Origin: a bacterium
GTDB lineage: Bacteria; Actinomycetota; Acidimicrobiia; Spongiisociales; ZC4RG35
Reading direction: 5' to 3'
Assembly (NCBI GenBank): GCA_028824015.1
Contig: JAPPFC010000030.1
Location: 98-64,097, forward strand
Length of the DNA stretch: 64,000 nucleotides
The notes beneath the pieces were generated by a model. That model made no database searches and was not told the origin of the DNA. It saw only the letters and a list, made by a program, of their open reading frames with translations. The translations under genes and the position numbers were made by a program. Of this stretch, positions 30,756 to 40,877 are shown piece by piece; position 1 is the first letter of the stretch; each line of letters begins with the position of its first letter.

Positions 30756-31193
30756 ATGGTGGGTGCGGCAGCGGTAGTTCTCATTGGGTTGCTGGGAGGG
30801 GCGGTGGCTGCCGTCCAGAGCCAGATGATGGGGACGCTGGAGCAGAGGGTGGGGATGGTGGCCGGGACCGCAGCCAATTTCGTGGTCGGGGCCGTGGCGA
30901 TGGCCGTGGTGTTGCTGGCCGTCAGGGGCCCGTCGCTGGAGGAGTGGCAGAGAGTGCCCCCCTATCTGTTTCTGGCCGGTATCGCAGGCATCCTGATCAT
31001 CGGCAGCATCGCCTTCACGGTCGCCCGGGTGGGAGTCCTGGCCGGTTCGATGCTCCTGGTCACCGCCCAGTTGACCGGCGGCACGATCATCGATCACTTC
31101 GGGTGGATGGGAGCGTCGGTCCGGGAACTCTCTTTGAGCAAGCTGCTGGGCATCATGTTCCTGGTGCTGGGCGCCCGGCTGGTGCTGCGCTGA
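30756..31193 (+). CDS. Small DMT-superfamily transporter (DUF606-like)
   Basis: 145 aa, 4-5 TM. The start was trimmed because the track ORF (from 30525) runs through the riboswitch region. Confidence 0.55.
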   Translation: MVGAAAVVLIGLLGGAVAAVQSQMMGTLEQRVGMVAGTAANFVVGAVAMAVVLLAVRGPSLEEWQRVPPYLFLAGIAGILIIGSIAFTVARVGVLAGSMLLVTAQLTGGTIIDHFGWMGASVRELSLSKLLGIMFLVLGARLVLR

Positions 31194-31205
31194 AGGCGGC
31201 CGTGT

Positions 31206-32036
31206 TCAGAGCACTATCAGGGTGAGGGCCACGACCGAGAGCGCCAGTCCCATCATTCGGTGCGGGGAGATTCTCTGCTTGTCCACGAACCGGCCCAGGA
31301 CCGCGACCACCACCGGATAGAAGGAGGAGGCCACCGCCACCAGCCCGAACGGGCCGATCTGGACGGCCAGCAGGTAGGTGAGGTTGGCCAGGACGGCCCC
31401 TCCCGCAACCAGCGCCAGCGCCCGGGCCTCAGGCGACAGGGAGAACGGGATCCGCCGGAGCCTCATGAGGACCGCCACCGACCCGAGGCCTCCCAATTTG
31501 ATGGTGACCAGGGGCCACAAACCGGCCTCCGGCGAGATCTGGGCCACTCCTATGAAGAACAGGGAGAAAGTCGCGCCGGCGGCAAGTCCGTAAAGCGCCA
31601 TTGCCGGGCGGGCTCCGCGGCTGCGTTCCTGGACGGTGAGCCACAGGGCGGGCATGGCGACCAGGACGCCCAGCCAGGACACCACCGAATGGCGCTCTCC
31701 CAACACCACGCCGAAGAGGAAGGGAACGATCGCCAGGGTGACCGCCGACACGGGCGCCACCACCGCCATCCTGCCTCTCGCCAGTCCCAGGAAATAGAAG
31801 GACACGCCGGCGACCCCCGCCACGCCGCTGATCAATCCCCAGGCGAAATCGGCAACGGTCATTGTGGCGCCCACCACCAGATGGTGGATGGTTGCTATAC
31901 AGAACGCCAGCCCCAGCCCCGCCATGTTGGCCCATGCCGCAACCGTCAGCACCGGACCCCGGCGGGTTGCCATACCCCCTGCGAAGTCGAACACCCCGTA
32001 AAAGATGGAGGTCAGAACCGCCAGCAGGAACGCCAT
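31206..32036 (-). CDS. EamA/DMT family transporter
   Basis: 276 aa, 10 TM. Paralog of the next gene. Confidence 0.7.
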   Translation of the reverse strand: MAFLLAVLTSIFYGVFDFAGGMATRRGPVLTVAAWANMAGLGLAFCIATIHHLVVGATMTVADFAWGLISGVAGVAGVSFYFLGLARGRMAVVAPVSAVTLAIVPFLFGVVLGERHSVVSWLGVLVAMPALWLTVQERSRGARPAMALYGLAAGATFSLFFIGVAQISPEAGLWPLVTIKLGGLGSVAVLMRLRRIPFSLSPEARALALVAGGAVLANLTYLLAVQIGPFGLVAVASSFYPVVVAVLGRFVDKQRISPHRMMGLALSVVALTLIVL

Positions 32037-32059
32037 CTAGGCTCGGCCCCCGACCACGG

Positions 32060-32905
32060 TCATCGGGTTATCAGCACCAGCGAGAGCACCGTGAGCGCCA
32101 GTCCTGTGAGCCGATATCGCGAGATTCGTTCTTTCTCCACCACCCGGGCCAGCAGGGCTATCACCACCGGATAGAAGGTGGAGACCACCGTGACCAGCCC
32201 GAACGGCCCGATCCTGACCGCCAACAGGTATGCCAGGTTGGCGAGGATGTCGCCGCCTGCGATGAAGGTCGGCAGGCGCGCTTCCGGGGGCAGACCGGGC
32301 CTGGCGCCCCGGGTGAACAGGACCCGTGAGTACACGAGAACCGTCAATAGAGTCAATCCTCCTATCCGCATGGCTACCAGAGGCCACAGTCCCGACTCGG
32401 CGGAGGTCTGGGCGATGGCGACCAGGAACAGGGAGAAGGCAACCCCGGCGGCCAGGCCGTAGAGGGCCTTCCCGGGACGGTTCTGGGAGGACCGCGTCTG
32501 GACGGTGAGCCACAGGGCGGGCATGGCCACCAGGACCCCCAGCCAGGCGACCAGCGGATAACGTTCCCCTGTCGCCACTCCGAACAGGAACGGCACCAAT
32601 GCAAGGGTGACCGCCGACACAGGCGCCACCACCGCCATCTGACCCCTGGCCATTCCTTGGAAGTAGAGCGCCAACCCGCTCACTCCGGCCACCCCGCTCG
32701 CCAATCCCCACGCCAGGTCGGCAAGGGCCACCGATGCACCCACGACCTGGTGATGGATCACTGCCACCAGGATCGCTATGACCAGCCCCACGACGTTGGC
32801 CCATAAGGTGACCGCCAGGACGTGGGCGCGGCGGGTGGCCAGGCCCCCGGAGAAGTCGCACACCCCGTATATGAGGGAACTCAGTCCCGCCAGCAGGAAG
32901 GCCAT
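32060..32905 (-). CDS. EamA/DMT family transporter (tandem paralog)
   Basis: Start trimmed to MAFLLAGLSS by analogy with the paralog (MAFLLAVLTS). Confidence 0.65.
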   Translation of the reverse strand: MAFLLAGLSSLIYGVCDFSGGLATRRAHVLAVTLWANVVGLVIAILVAVIHHQVVGASVALADLAWGLASGVAGVSGLALYFQGMARGQMAVVAPVSAVTLALVPFLFGVATGERYPLVAWLGVLVAMPALWLTVQTRSSQNRPGKALYGLAAGVAFSLFLVAIAQTSAESGLWPLVAMRIGGLTLLTVLVYSRVLFTRGARPGLPPEARLPTFIAGGDILANLAYLLAVRIGPFGLVTVVSTFYPVVIALLARVVEKERISRYRLTGLALTVLSLVLITR

Positions 32906-33091
32906 GATGCTCCGGAGAACCGAGACGAGTGGTAAAGACACATACAGGTAAAGCCCGGCCACCGGGACGGGACCGAGCGGAGATTAGCACGGCGGGTCGT
33001 CTTCCCCCCAAGAGGCCTTTACTTCGACGGTTCCCTGGATGCCATCCCGCCGACCGGGCCGGCAAAGGGCGGCCGTTAGTGTTTTGATCAG

Positions 33092-34405
33092 ATGCGAAAC
33101 GATCAGCGCACGATATTCGGCTGGGCGATGTACGACTGGGCCAACTCGGCCTTTGTTGTGGTAATAGTCGGGATCCTGCCTTCCTATTTCGGATCGTACA
33201 TCGTCCCCGAAGAAGGGTGGATGGGGCTGAGCGCCGAGTCCCTGTGGGGATACATGGTCGGGTTGATTTCCCTGGTTCTGTTTTTGATCACGCCGGTGCT
33301 GGGAGCCATAGCGGACTACAGCGCCCGGAGGCTGACCTTCCTGAAGGTATTCGCCTACGGGGGGGCGCTGTTCGCCACCTGCTTCGCTTTCGTCTCTACC
33401 GGCGACGTTCTCCTGGCCATGATCATGTTCTTGATCTCCCATTTCGGACTGGCGGCCGGCAACGTGTTTTACGACGGCATCCTGCCACTCATCACCACCG
33501 ACGACACCATCGATCGCGTGAGCTCCAAGGGTTACGCACTCGGGTATGTAGGAGGGGGAATCTATCTGCTCTTCGCCATGATGTTCATCTTTTACGCGGA
33601 CACCTTCGGAGTCGAGGAGTCCCTTGCTGCCCGGATCGGGATCGGCGGGTCGGGACTGTGGTGGGCGGGTTTCTCCTGGTATGCGCTCCGGCGTTTGAGG
33701 GAGGTCGGAACCGCCCAGGACATGTCCCTCCGCCAAAGCGAGAGTCGGTCCCTGGCCTATGTTCGTCTGGGGTTCAGCCGTACCTGGGCGACCGTCACCA
33801 GGTTGTCGCGCCATCGACACCTGTTGCTGTTCGTGGTGGCTTACATGTTCTACATAGACGGGGTGCAGACGGTTTTCAACATCTCGGCCATCTACGCCTC
33901 CGAGACCCTGCAGATAGGCACCGCTTTCATCGCTCTGGTTGTCCTGGTGGTGCAGTTCACCGCCTTCTTCGGAGCGCTCCTGTTCGGGCGGCTCTCTGAA
34001 CGGATCGGGCCCAAGCGGTCCATCGCCTTCGCCCTGGTGGTATGGACCGGAGTGCTGATCGCCGCCTACTACCTGCCGGTGGGTCAGAACTATCCGCTGC
34101 TGGCGGTCGGCATGGTGATCGGCCTGGTCCAGGGAGGCACCCAGGCGCTCAGCCGCAGCCTCTACGGATCCATGATCCCCCAGCAAGCCTCCGCCGAGTT
34201 CTTTGGGTTCTTCTCGGTGTTCACCAAATTCTCCGCCATCTGGGGGCCGATAATCTTCGCCACGTTCCGCGAACTCACCGGCTCCAGCCGCCCGGCGGTG
34301 CTTTCGCTGAGCTTCTTTTTCGCAGTGGGCTTCATCTTGCTGAGCTTTGTCAACGTTGAAAAGGCACGTGCGGGTCGCTCCGATTGGAGCGTTCTCGACG
34401 GTTAG
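33092..34405 (+). CDS. MFS transporter (UMF1-like)
   Basis: 437 aa, 12 TM. N-terminal IFGWAMYDWANSAF is typical of the UMF1/Atg22-like MFS family. Confidence 0.65.
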   Translation: MRNDQRTIFGWAMYDWANSAFVVVIVGILPSYFGSYIVPEEGWMGLSAESLWGYMVGLISLVLFLITPVLGAIADYSARRLTFLKVFAYGGALFATCFAFVSTGDVLLAMIMFLISHFGLAAGNVFYDGILPLITTDDTIDRVSSKGYALGYVGGGIYLLFAMMFIFYADTFGVEESLAARIGIGGSGLWWAGFSWYALRRLREVGTAQDMSLRQSESRSLAYVRLGFSRTWATVTRLSRHRHLLLFVVAYMFYIDGVQTVFNISAIYASETLQIGTAFIALVVLVVQFTAFFGALLFGRLSERIGPKRSIAFALVVWTGVLIAAYYLPVGQNYPLLAVGMVIGLVQGGTQALSRSLYGSMIPQQASAEFFGFFSVFTKFSAIWGPIIFATFRELTGSSRPAVLSLSFFFAVGFILLSFVNVEKARAGRSDWSVLDG

Positions 34406-34428
34406 CTCCTCCCGTCATTTGCCTCGAG

Positions 34429-35631
34429 TCAGTTGATGGCCATTCCGGTGTCGCTGTCGAAGAAGTGCAGTTTGGACAGATCCAGGACCAACTTGATGCG
34501 CTCTCCCCCACCGGGCGCGAAGTCGGGGTTTACCCGGGCGACGAATTTGGTGCTGTCTCCCAGGGAGGAGACGTCGCTTCCCTCGTCCTCGAGGAGTTCG
34601 CGGATGTCGGGGGTGATCACCGGCGGCGCAGGCTTTGTGAAGTGGACATAAGCCTCGGAGCCCAACTGCTCCACCAGGTCCGCCCCGGCGCTGATGGCGG
34701 CCGTACCGTCCGTCCCGGAAGCCGCCGATGAGATCTCGAAGGCTTCGGGCCTGATCCCCACCACCAACTGGGTCCCCGCGTAGGAAGTCAGACCGGGGTG
34801 GTTGGATAGCACCGCGCGGTTCAGGGGAACCTGCTCGTCTGCGAAGGAGAGGGAACCCCCGGCGCCATTGGAGGTAACGGTCCCGTAGACGAAGTTCATG
34901 GAGGGCGACCCGATGAATCCCGCCACGAACAGGTTGGACGGATGGTCGTAGAGAACCCTGGGGGTGTCGATCTGCTGGAGGTTGGTCTGGTCCTCACTGG
35001 CTTTGCGAAGCACCGCCACCCTGTCGCCCATGGTCATCGCTTCGACCTGATCGTGGGTTACATACAGGGTCGTGGTCTTCAGCCGGTTGTGGAGAAGTCC
35101 CAGTTCCGAACGCATCTGGACCCGAAGCTTGGCGTCGAGGTTGGATAGAGGCTCATCCATGAGAAAGGCGACCGGCTCCCGTACGATCGCTCTGCCCATC
35201 GCCACCCGCTGTCTCTGTCCTCCCGACAGGGACTTGGGTTTTCTGTCCATCAGTTCCGAGATCTCCAGGATGGCGGCGGCCTCGTCCACCCTGCGGCGGA
35301 TCTCGTCGCGGGGCATGCGGCGCATCTTCAGACCGAACGCCATGTTGTCGAACACGCTCATGTGCGGATAGAGGGCGTAGTTCTGGAAGACCATGGCGAT
35401 GTCGCGGTCCTTGGGCGACACATCGTTCACCACCTTCTCGCCGATCCTCAGTACTCCCTCAGTGACCTCCTCCAACCCGGCCACCATCCGCAGGAGGGTT
35501 GACTTGCCGCACCCCGACGGGCCGACCAGCACTACGAATTCCCCATCCGCGACATCAAGGCTGACGTCAGTTATCGCCCGGGTTCCTCCCGGATAGACCT
35601 TTCCGACGCTTTCAAAAGTGATCGAGGACAA
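34429..35631 (-). CDS. Sugar ABC transporter ATP-binding protein (MsiK/MalK/UgpC type), no permease partner in the window
   Basis: Walker A GPSGCGKST, signature LSGGQRQRV, Walker B FLMDEPLSNLD, C-terminal regulatory domain. Confidence 0.85.
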   Translation of the reverse strand: MSSITFESVGKVYPGGTRAITDVSLDVADGEFVVLVGPSGCGKSTLLRMVAGLEEVTEGVLRIGEKVVNDVSPKDRDIAMVFQNYALYPHMSVFDNMAFGLKMRRMPRDEIRRRVDEAAAILEISELMDRKPKSLSGGQRQRVAMGRAIVREPVAFLMDEPLSNLDAKLRVQMRSELGLLHNRLKTTTLYVTHDQVEAMTMGDRVAVLRKASEDQTNLQQIDTPRVLYDHPSNLFVAGFIGSPSMNFVYGTVTSNGAGGSLSFADEQVPLNRAVLSNHPGLTSYAGTQLVVGIRPEAFEISSAASGTDGTAAISAGADLVEQLGSEAYVHFTKPAPPVITPDIRELLEDEGSDVSSLGDSTKFVARVNPDFAPGGGERIKLVLDLSKLHFFDSDTGMAIN

Positions 35632-35756
35632 GTTGTGCTGCTCCTTCGGGATACATGGAATTCGTTACTAACTGTAACCAACCCTCTGGCGGGTGTCTTC
35701 TTAGTCGGATGACTATAGGGCAGACAACTGGAAACCCGGGACCTTCCGTGGCGATC

Positions 35757-36260
35757 TCAACTCCAGATCAGCAGGCCTGCATCCACCAGGGCCAGCACCG
35801 CGGTACCCGCCACCGCCACTCCCGTCGCGATCAGCCAGGATGCCCGGCGGAGGGGGACGCCGAAGACGTAGGCGGCCAAGACTCCGCTCCACCCTCCGGT
35901 GAGCGGTAGGGGGATGGCCACCACCATCAGCAGCGCCATGTCTCGCAGCCGGACGAACCGTGCGGTGTGGCGACGGCGGGTGTGGGCGTAGAGGCGGTCC
36001 AGCAACCGGCGGAGCCAGGCCAGGCGGTGGGGCGTGCAGTATCCGTCCACCACCCCCAGCAGCCAGAAGACCAGAGGCAGCGGCGCAAGGTTGCCCACCA
36101 CCGCCCAGATCCAGGTGGAAAGAGAACCCATCTCCAGCACGAGCCTCCCGAAAGGAACTCCTCCCCTCAGTTCAAGAACGGGAAGCGCCGAGATCAACGC
36201 CACTGCCAGCGGGTCGGCCACCCCCCATCCGTCGAGCAGTTCGACCAGGAATTCCCGCAC
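35757..36260 (-). CDS. Small membrane protein (COG2426 small multidrug export-like)
   Basis: 167 aa, 4 TM. Confidence 0.45.
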   Translation of the reverse strand: MREFLVELLDGWGVADPLAVALISALPVLELRGGVPFGRLVLEMGSLSTWIWAVVGNLAPLPLVFWLLGVVDGYCTPHRLAWLRRLLDRLYAHTRRRHTARFVRLRDMALLMVVAIPLPLTGGWSGVLAAYVFGVPLRRASWLIATGVAVAGTAVLALVDAGLLIWS

Positions 36261-36266
36261 GGGCGG

Positions 36267-38480
36267 TTAGCGGAGCGCCTTGAGATGGGAGGGCGCCGGA
36301 ATGGCCACTATCACCAGCGGGATGGTGACATGTTTGAGGACGAAGGACATCCCGTAGCCGAAGAACGGCCGGTTCGTGAGGGGCCGGTTGGCGGCGCCCA
36401 CCACCAGCAGGTCCCAGTCTTCGGAGTTGGCGGTGTCGGCGAGTTCTCCCTCGGGTTGGGCTACCGGCCGGACATCGGCGTGGACCCTGGCTCCCAGCCG
36501 CTGTCCGTATTCCACCGACTCCTCCACCAGGTCCCGGCCGGCCATGAAGTTCTCGGCGCTGGCCTTCATGTCGAAGTAGTAGGGACCATCGGCGGTCTCG
36601 TTGATCAGGTGCAATGCGAACACCATGCCGTCGTTGTGAGCGGCGAGGGAGTAAGCCACCTCCGCGGCCGCGCGAGAGGCTGGATTCGCCTCTACCGACA
36701 ACAGCACTCTCCGCACTTCTGGCATATCGCCCCCGGAGAGTTCGGCTTGCAACTCCGGGTACCGGAAGATCAGGGCGGGGACCTGCAGGCGGGCCAGGAC
36801 GCGGTCGATCACGGTCGAGAAGACTTCCGTCTCCCCGGTCTTCCCGGGGGCCCCCAGCACGACCAGGTCATATCCCAGGTCCGCTTCCTTGAGGATTGCG
36901 TCCGCCGGATCACGCGCCCGTCTTCTGATCAAGCGGTGTTCCTCGCCTTCCAACGCCCTGATCGCGGCCTCGGGGCCGGTCTCTACCTCCACCTCCTTGC
37001 CGATCAGGCGCTTCCACCATCCCCCCGAGGATCCGCTGACCTCCAGGACCGTCACCTCCGCGCTCTTGAACAGACGGCCGATCTGGCTGGCGGCGAAGAC
37101 GCTGTTGGCGCCGCCCCGGGTGGGCAGGAGAATGCGTTGGGATCCCAGGATGTGCGCCTGTGACCGGATAGCCTCCGACTCCAGCCGGGCTTTTTCCTCT
37201 CCTTCGGCTTCCATTCCACGTACCGACACCTTCAGCAGCACGGGAGCCAGGAGCGAGGTGACGATGGCGGCCAGCACTATCACCGTGTATCCGGTGTCGG
37301 ACAGCACCCCCAGACTGAGACCCACCAGGGCCACAACGATTCCCATCGCTCCCAGGGCGGACAGGCCCGAACCGAGCGCCAGCGACTCCTTCACGGTCAG
37401 GCCGGCCCGGCGGGCGCCGACCAGGGTGCCGAACATCTTGGCCGCCACCGCCAGGACGATGAGCGCCACCGTCCAGATGATGGCGCTGGGCGAGGCCAAG
37501 AGGGAGATGTCCACCCGCAGCCCGCTGAAGGCGAAGAACACCGGAGCGAAGAAGGAGTCGGTGATGGTCTCCAGGACATGGCGGACCTCCACCATCTGGT
37601 ACCGGAGCGTGGCGAGGATGATGCCGACGATGAACGCTCCCAGGATGGCCTCGAGACCCAGGGCATGGGTGACCGCGCCCCCTCCGATGGCAGCCACCAG
37701 ACCCACTGTGAGGGCCGCCTCCAGATTCGCTCCCCCCCGCAGGGCAAGACGCATCGCCTGATTGAGCAGCCACCTCCCAACGGTCGCCGCAAGGGCCACG
37801 AACACGACCAGGCCACCCAGTGCGGTCAGCAACTGGGCAGGCTCGAAACCCTCCTGTGCGATGCCGGCCAATCCCGCCAGGATCAGCCATCCCACCGAGT
37901 CCATGGTCATGCTCACCGCCAGCGTCACCTGGCCGAAGTTGCGTCGCAGCATGCCCAGGTCCAGGAGGATCTTCGCCACCACGGGAAGAGCCGCCACCGA
38001 AAGGGCCAGCGCCATGAAGGCCGCGTAGAGACCCCGGCCGGAGGTCCCCACGAAGGAGGAAGGCGTCAGGAGAGCCACCAGCCCCACCGCAACCAGGGGG
38101 ACCAGCAACGCCCCCGCGGAAACGTTCACGGCAGCCCGGCGGAGGCGGGAGATGATTCCCAGATCGGTCTCATAGCCGATCACTACCAGCACCATGATCA
38201 CTGCCAGCCATGCCACCCCGTACAGGACCGATTCCACGGTGGAGTCCGAGAAAATCCAATCGAAGGTCTCCGGATAGATCTGGCCCAGTACGCTCGGGCC
38301 GATCACCACTCCGCCCAGGAGTTGGCCCACCACCGGAGGTTGGCCGAGTTTATTGGCCACTCCCCCCAGGAAGCGCGCGGCGCCCACCAGCAGGGCCAAC
38401 TGCACCAGGAAGAGAAAGACCTGGTGCTCATCCAGCAGGCTCGATGAGCCCTGTTGATCAGCAGCGAGAATGACAGTCAC
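36267..38480 (-). CDS. CPA2-family cation:proton antiporter fused to tandem UspA domains
   Basis: N-terminal ~400-aa Na+/H+ exchanger domain, then two universal-stress-protein-like nucleotide-binding domains (VLLPTRGGANS, LVVGAANRP). GTG start at 38480. The first 30 codons of the track ORF look like junk. Confidence 0.7.
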   Translation of the reverse strand: MTVILAADQQGSSSLLDEHQVFLFLVQLALLVGAARFLGGVANKLGQPPVVGQLLGGVVIGPSVLGQIYPETFDWIFSDSTVESVLYGVAWLAVIMVLVVIGYETDLGIISRLRRAAVNVSAGALLVPLVAVGLVALLTPSSFVGTSGRGLYAAFMALALSVAALPVVAKILLDLGMLRRNFGQVTLAVSMTMDSVGWLILAGLAGIAQEGFEPAQLLTALGGLVVFVALAATVGRWLLNQAMRLALRGGANLEAALTVGLVAAIGGGAVTHALGLEAILGAFIVGIILATLRYQMVEVRHVLETITDSFFAPVFFAFSGLRVDISLLASPSAIIWTVALIVLAVAAKMFGTLVGARRAGLTVKESLALGSGLSALGAMGIVVALVGLSLGVLSDTGYTVIVLAAIVTSLLAPVLLKVSVRGMEAEGEEKARLESEAIRSQAHILGSQRILLPTRGGANSVFAASQIGRLFKSAEVTVLEVSGSSGGWWKRLIGKEVEVETGPEAAIRALEGEEHRLIRRRARDPADAILKEADLGYDLVVLGAPGKTGETEVFSTVIDRVLARLQVPALIFRYPELQAELSGGDMPEVRRVLLSVEANPASRAAAEVAYSLAAHNDGMVFALHLINETADGPYYFDMKASAENFMAGRDLVEESVEYGQRLGARVHADVRPVAQPEGELADTANSEDWDLLVVGAANRPLTNRPFFGYGMSFVLKHVTIPLVIVAIPAPSHLKALR

Positions 38481-38502
38481 TCGATTGATAACAATACAGA
38501 TT

Positions 38503-39570
38503 TCACACCGAGAACCTGACCTGCAGGACGTCTCGCGAATGCACTGGATAGTCGCGCCCCTCCACCCGGACCACACCTTTGACGCGGGCCGCCGCCCAGC
38601 CTCCCGCGTCGATCACCGCCTGGGCGTTGCCCACCTCGGCCCGGATGAACCCCCGCTCCATGTCGGAGTGGACCTTGCCGGCCGCCCGGCGGGCATTGGA
38701 CCCCACCTGAGTGAGCCACGCCCTGGTTTCTCGGGAGTTGGAGGTGTAGAAGATGCACATTGCCAGCGTGTCCAGCACGGCGTCGGAGATGGTGGCGGCC
38801 GCGCCTCTACCGAGCCCGAAGGCTTCCAGCGTCTCGGCCCGGTCCCGGGCGTCCAGCATCGCTGCCTCTGCCTCAAGTCGGAGCGTCATGGGCGCCACGG
38901 GGTCACTGGCGGGGACCACCTCCGCCACCGGATGCGGTGTTCCACTCACCTGTTCCTCATCGGCGTTGACAACCCAGATGACCGGTTTGAGGGTGAGGGG
39001 CGCGAAGTCCGCCAGAGCTTTCAGTTCGAGGTCCGACCACCGCGTCTGCCTCAGGAGGCCTCCGTCACCGCAGATTTCGAACGCCCTCGAGACCGTCTCG
39101 AAGGCCTCCCGTCGTTCGGGACGGGAGGTGGCCTGATTGCGGAGGCGAACAATCGACCCTTCGAACATCTGGGCGTCGCTTATGGCCATGGCGAGCAACA
39201 CCTCCTCGGCCTGGGAGCGGGGATCGGTTCCCGACCCCCCGTCGGGCACGGAGGGATCGGTGAAGGCTCGGAGGACGACAACAATGCAGTCCGCTTGGCG
39301 CAGCTTTCCCACCGTGCGGTTGTCCAGGTCTCCTCCCGGCTCCTGGAGGGGAGGGCCATCGGTCACCTCCAGGGTTGCGGGAGTGATGCGGGCCGACCCC
39401 TCCAGACGCCCCAGTTGCCGGAGGATCGGGTCGACGATGCGGGTGATGCCCACCCGGGTCTCGGTGGTTGAGAAGGGAAAGGACGCGATACCTTCCGGGC
39501 GGGCGGTGAGAGCCGCAAAGAGCGAACTCTTTCCGGTGTTCGACAGACCGGTGATTCCCAGGATGGCCAT
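38503..39570 (-). CDS. ychF: Redox-regulated ribosome-binding ATPase YchF
   Basis: G1 GLSNTGKSSLF, TGS-like C-terminus. Trimmed to MAILGITG. Confidence 0.8.
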   Translation of the reverse strand: MAILGITGLSNTGKSSLFAALTARPEGIASFPFSTTETRVGITRIVDPILRQLGRLEGSARITPATLEVTDGPPLQEPGGDLDNRTVGKLRQADCIVVVLRAFTDPSVPDGGSGTDPRSQAEEVLLAMAISDAQMFEGSIVRLRNQATSRPERREAFETVSRAFEICGDGGLLRQTRWSDLELKALADFAPLTLKPVIWVVNADEEQVSGTPHPVAEVVPASDPVAPMTLRLEAEAAMLDARDRAETLEAFGLGRGAAATISDAVLDTLAMCIFYTSNSRETRAWLTQVGSNARRAAGKVHSDMERGFIRAEVGNAQAVIDAGGWAAARVKGVVRVEGRDYPVHSRDVLQVRFSV

Positions 39571-39673
39571 CGCGTAACGAGAGTAGGCCGACCCCATCGC
39601 CCATGCTGCCTTTTGGGCGAAGATGGGACGAATGACCTCGCATTCCCACCCCGGCCTGCCAGAATCGGAGCCA

Positions 39674-40366
39674 ATGAGAACGGTGGCGATTACCGGAGGG
39701 ACCAGTTGGCTGGGGCAGGCGCTCACCGGAAGGCTGTTGAGTGATGAACGTCTCCGCCTGGCATTGACCTACCTGAGGCCCGTGGAGGCCGACCGCTTTG
39801 AGGACCGCTTCGGGACCTATCACCCCCGGATCATCCTGCGTCGGGTCGATGTGACCGATTCTCCGGCCGTGGAGGGGTTCTTGGCGGAGGTTGAAGCACG
39901 ATGGGGCGCCATCTCCGGACTGGCGTGCATTGCCGGTAGCTGGGCGGGGGGAACAGCGGTCGAACAGACTTCGGACCTGCGCCTCGAGAGGATGCTGGAC
40001 TCCAATCTCCGCTCGACATTCACGATGGTGCGGGCTGCCCTCCCCTATCTTCGCAGCGCCGAGTGGGCTCGGGTGATGTTGACGGCCAGCCGAGCCGCCT
40101 TCGACACCCCTCGCGACCAGGCTGCGTTCAACATCGCCAAGGCGGGAGTGGTTGCACTTGGTAGGAGTCTGGCCGCCGAGTTGGTGAAGACCAACGTGTC
40201 GGTTACGGTGCTGGTGCCGTCGATCATCGATACTCCGGTGTCCCGGGAGGCCATGCCGGACTCCGATCACAGCCTCTGGCCGACTCCCGACGAAGTTGCC
40301 CGGGTGGCGGAGTTCCTATTGAGCAGGGAGGCAGGGGTGATGAACGGCGCCGAGGTACCTGTCTAG
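39674..40366 (+). CDS. SDR-family oxidoreductase
   Basis: VAITGGTSWLG Rossmann motif, NIAKAG catalytic region. Confidence 0.65.
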   Translation: MRTVAITGGTSWLGQALTGRLLSDERLRLALTYLRPVEADRFEDRFGTYHPRIILRRVDVTDSPAVEGFLAEVEARWGAISGLACIAGSWAGGTAVEQTSDLRLERMLDSNLRSTFTMVRAALPYLRSAEWARVMLTASRAAFDTPRDQAAFNIAKAGVVALGRSLAAELVKTNVSVTVLVPSIIDTPVSREAMPDSDHSLWPTPDEVARVAEFLLSREAGVMNGAEVPV

Positions 40367-40384
40367 CCATTATCCTTCCCGATC

Positions 40385-40867
40385 ATGCGGTCTGATCAAA
40401 CCCTCCGTCCCGATCTGGTGGAGAGTGGGCAGGTTGGCGGGGACGCCGAAGAGTCGGGCTCCGATCAGGAGGTGACCGAACCCGGCAAGCTGATCAGGAT
40501 CGCCACGATGACCAGGTCGATACTCGAGGAGGTGCGGGCCGCCACCCCCGACGAACCCGGGAGGGAACTCATCTCCAAGATCCATGACCGCTCCCTCGAC
40601 GAACTCCGGGATGTGCTCAGCGAGCAGTTGCTGACCGAGTTCGACCGGATGTTCGAGCCGCTGCTGGGCGATGACCCACCCACGTCATCGGAGGTCCGGA
40701 TCGCCCAGGCCCAGTTGATCGGGTGGCTGGAGGGCCTGTTCCAGGGCATCCAGGCCAGCCTGGTTACCAGACAGATGATGGCCCAGGCCCGGGCCGCACA
40801 ACGCGCCAAGCTGATGGCGGGCCGCCCCGAACCCGAAGACCGGCCGCCAACCGGACTCTATCTCTGA
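40385..40867 (+). CDS. bpa: Bacterial proteasome activator Bpa/PafE homolog
   Basis: RIAQAQLIGWLEGLFQGIQASL closely matches mycobacterial Bpa (RIAQAQLVGWLEGLFHGIQTAL). The C-terminus GLYL corresponds to the GQYL proteasome-docking motif. Confidence 0.7.
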   Translation: MRSDQTLRPDLVESGQVGGDAEESGSDQEVTEPGKLIRIATMTRSILEEVRAATPDEPGRELISKIHDRSLDELRDVLSEQLLTEFDRMFEPLLGDDPPTSSEVRIAQAQLIGWLEGLFQGIQASLVTRQMMAQARAAQRAKLMAGRPEPEDRPPTGLYL

Positions 40868-40877
40868 GGCACACACC

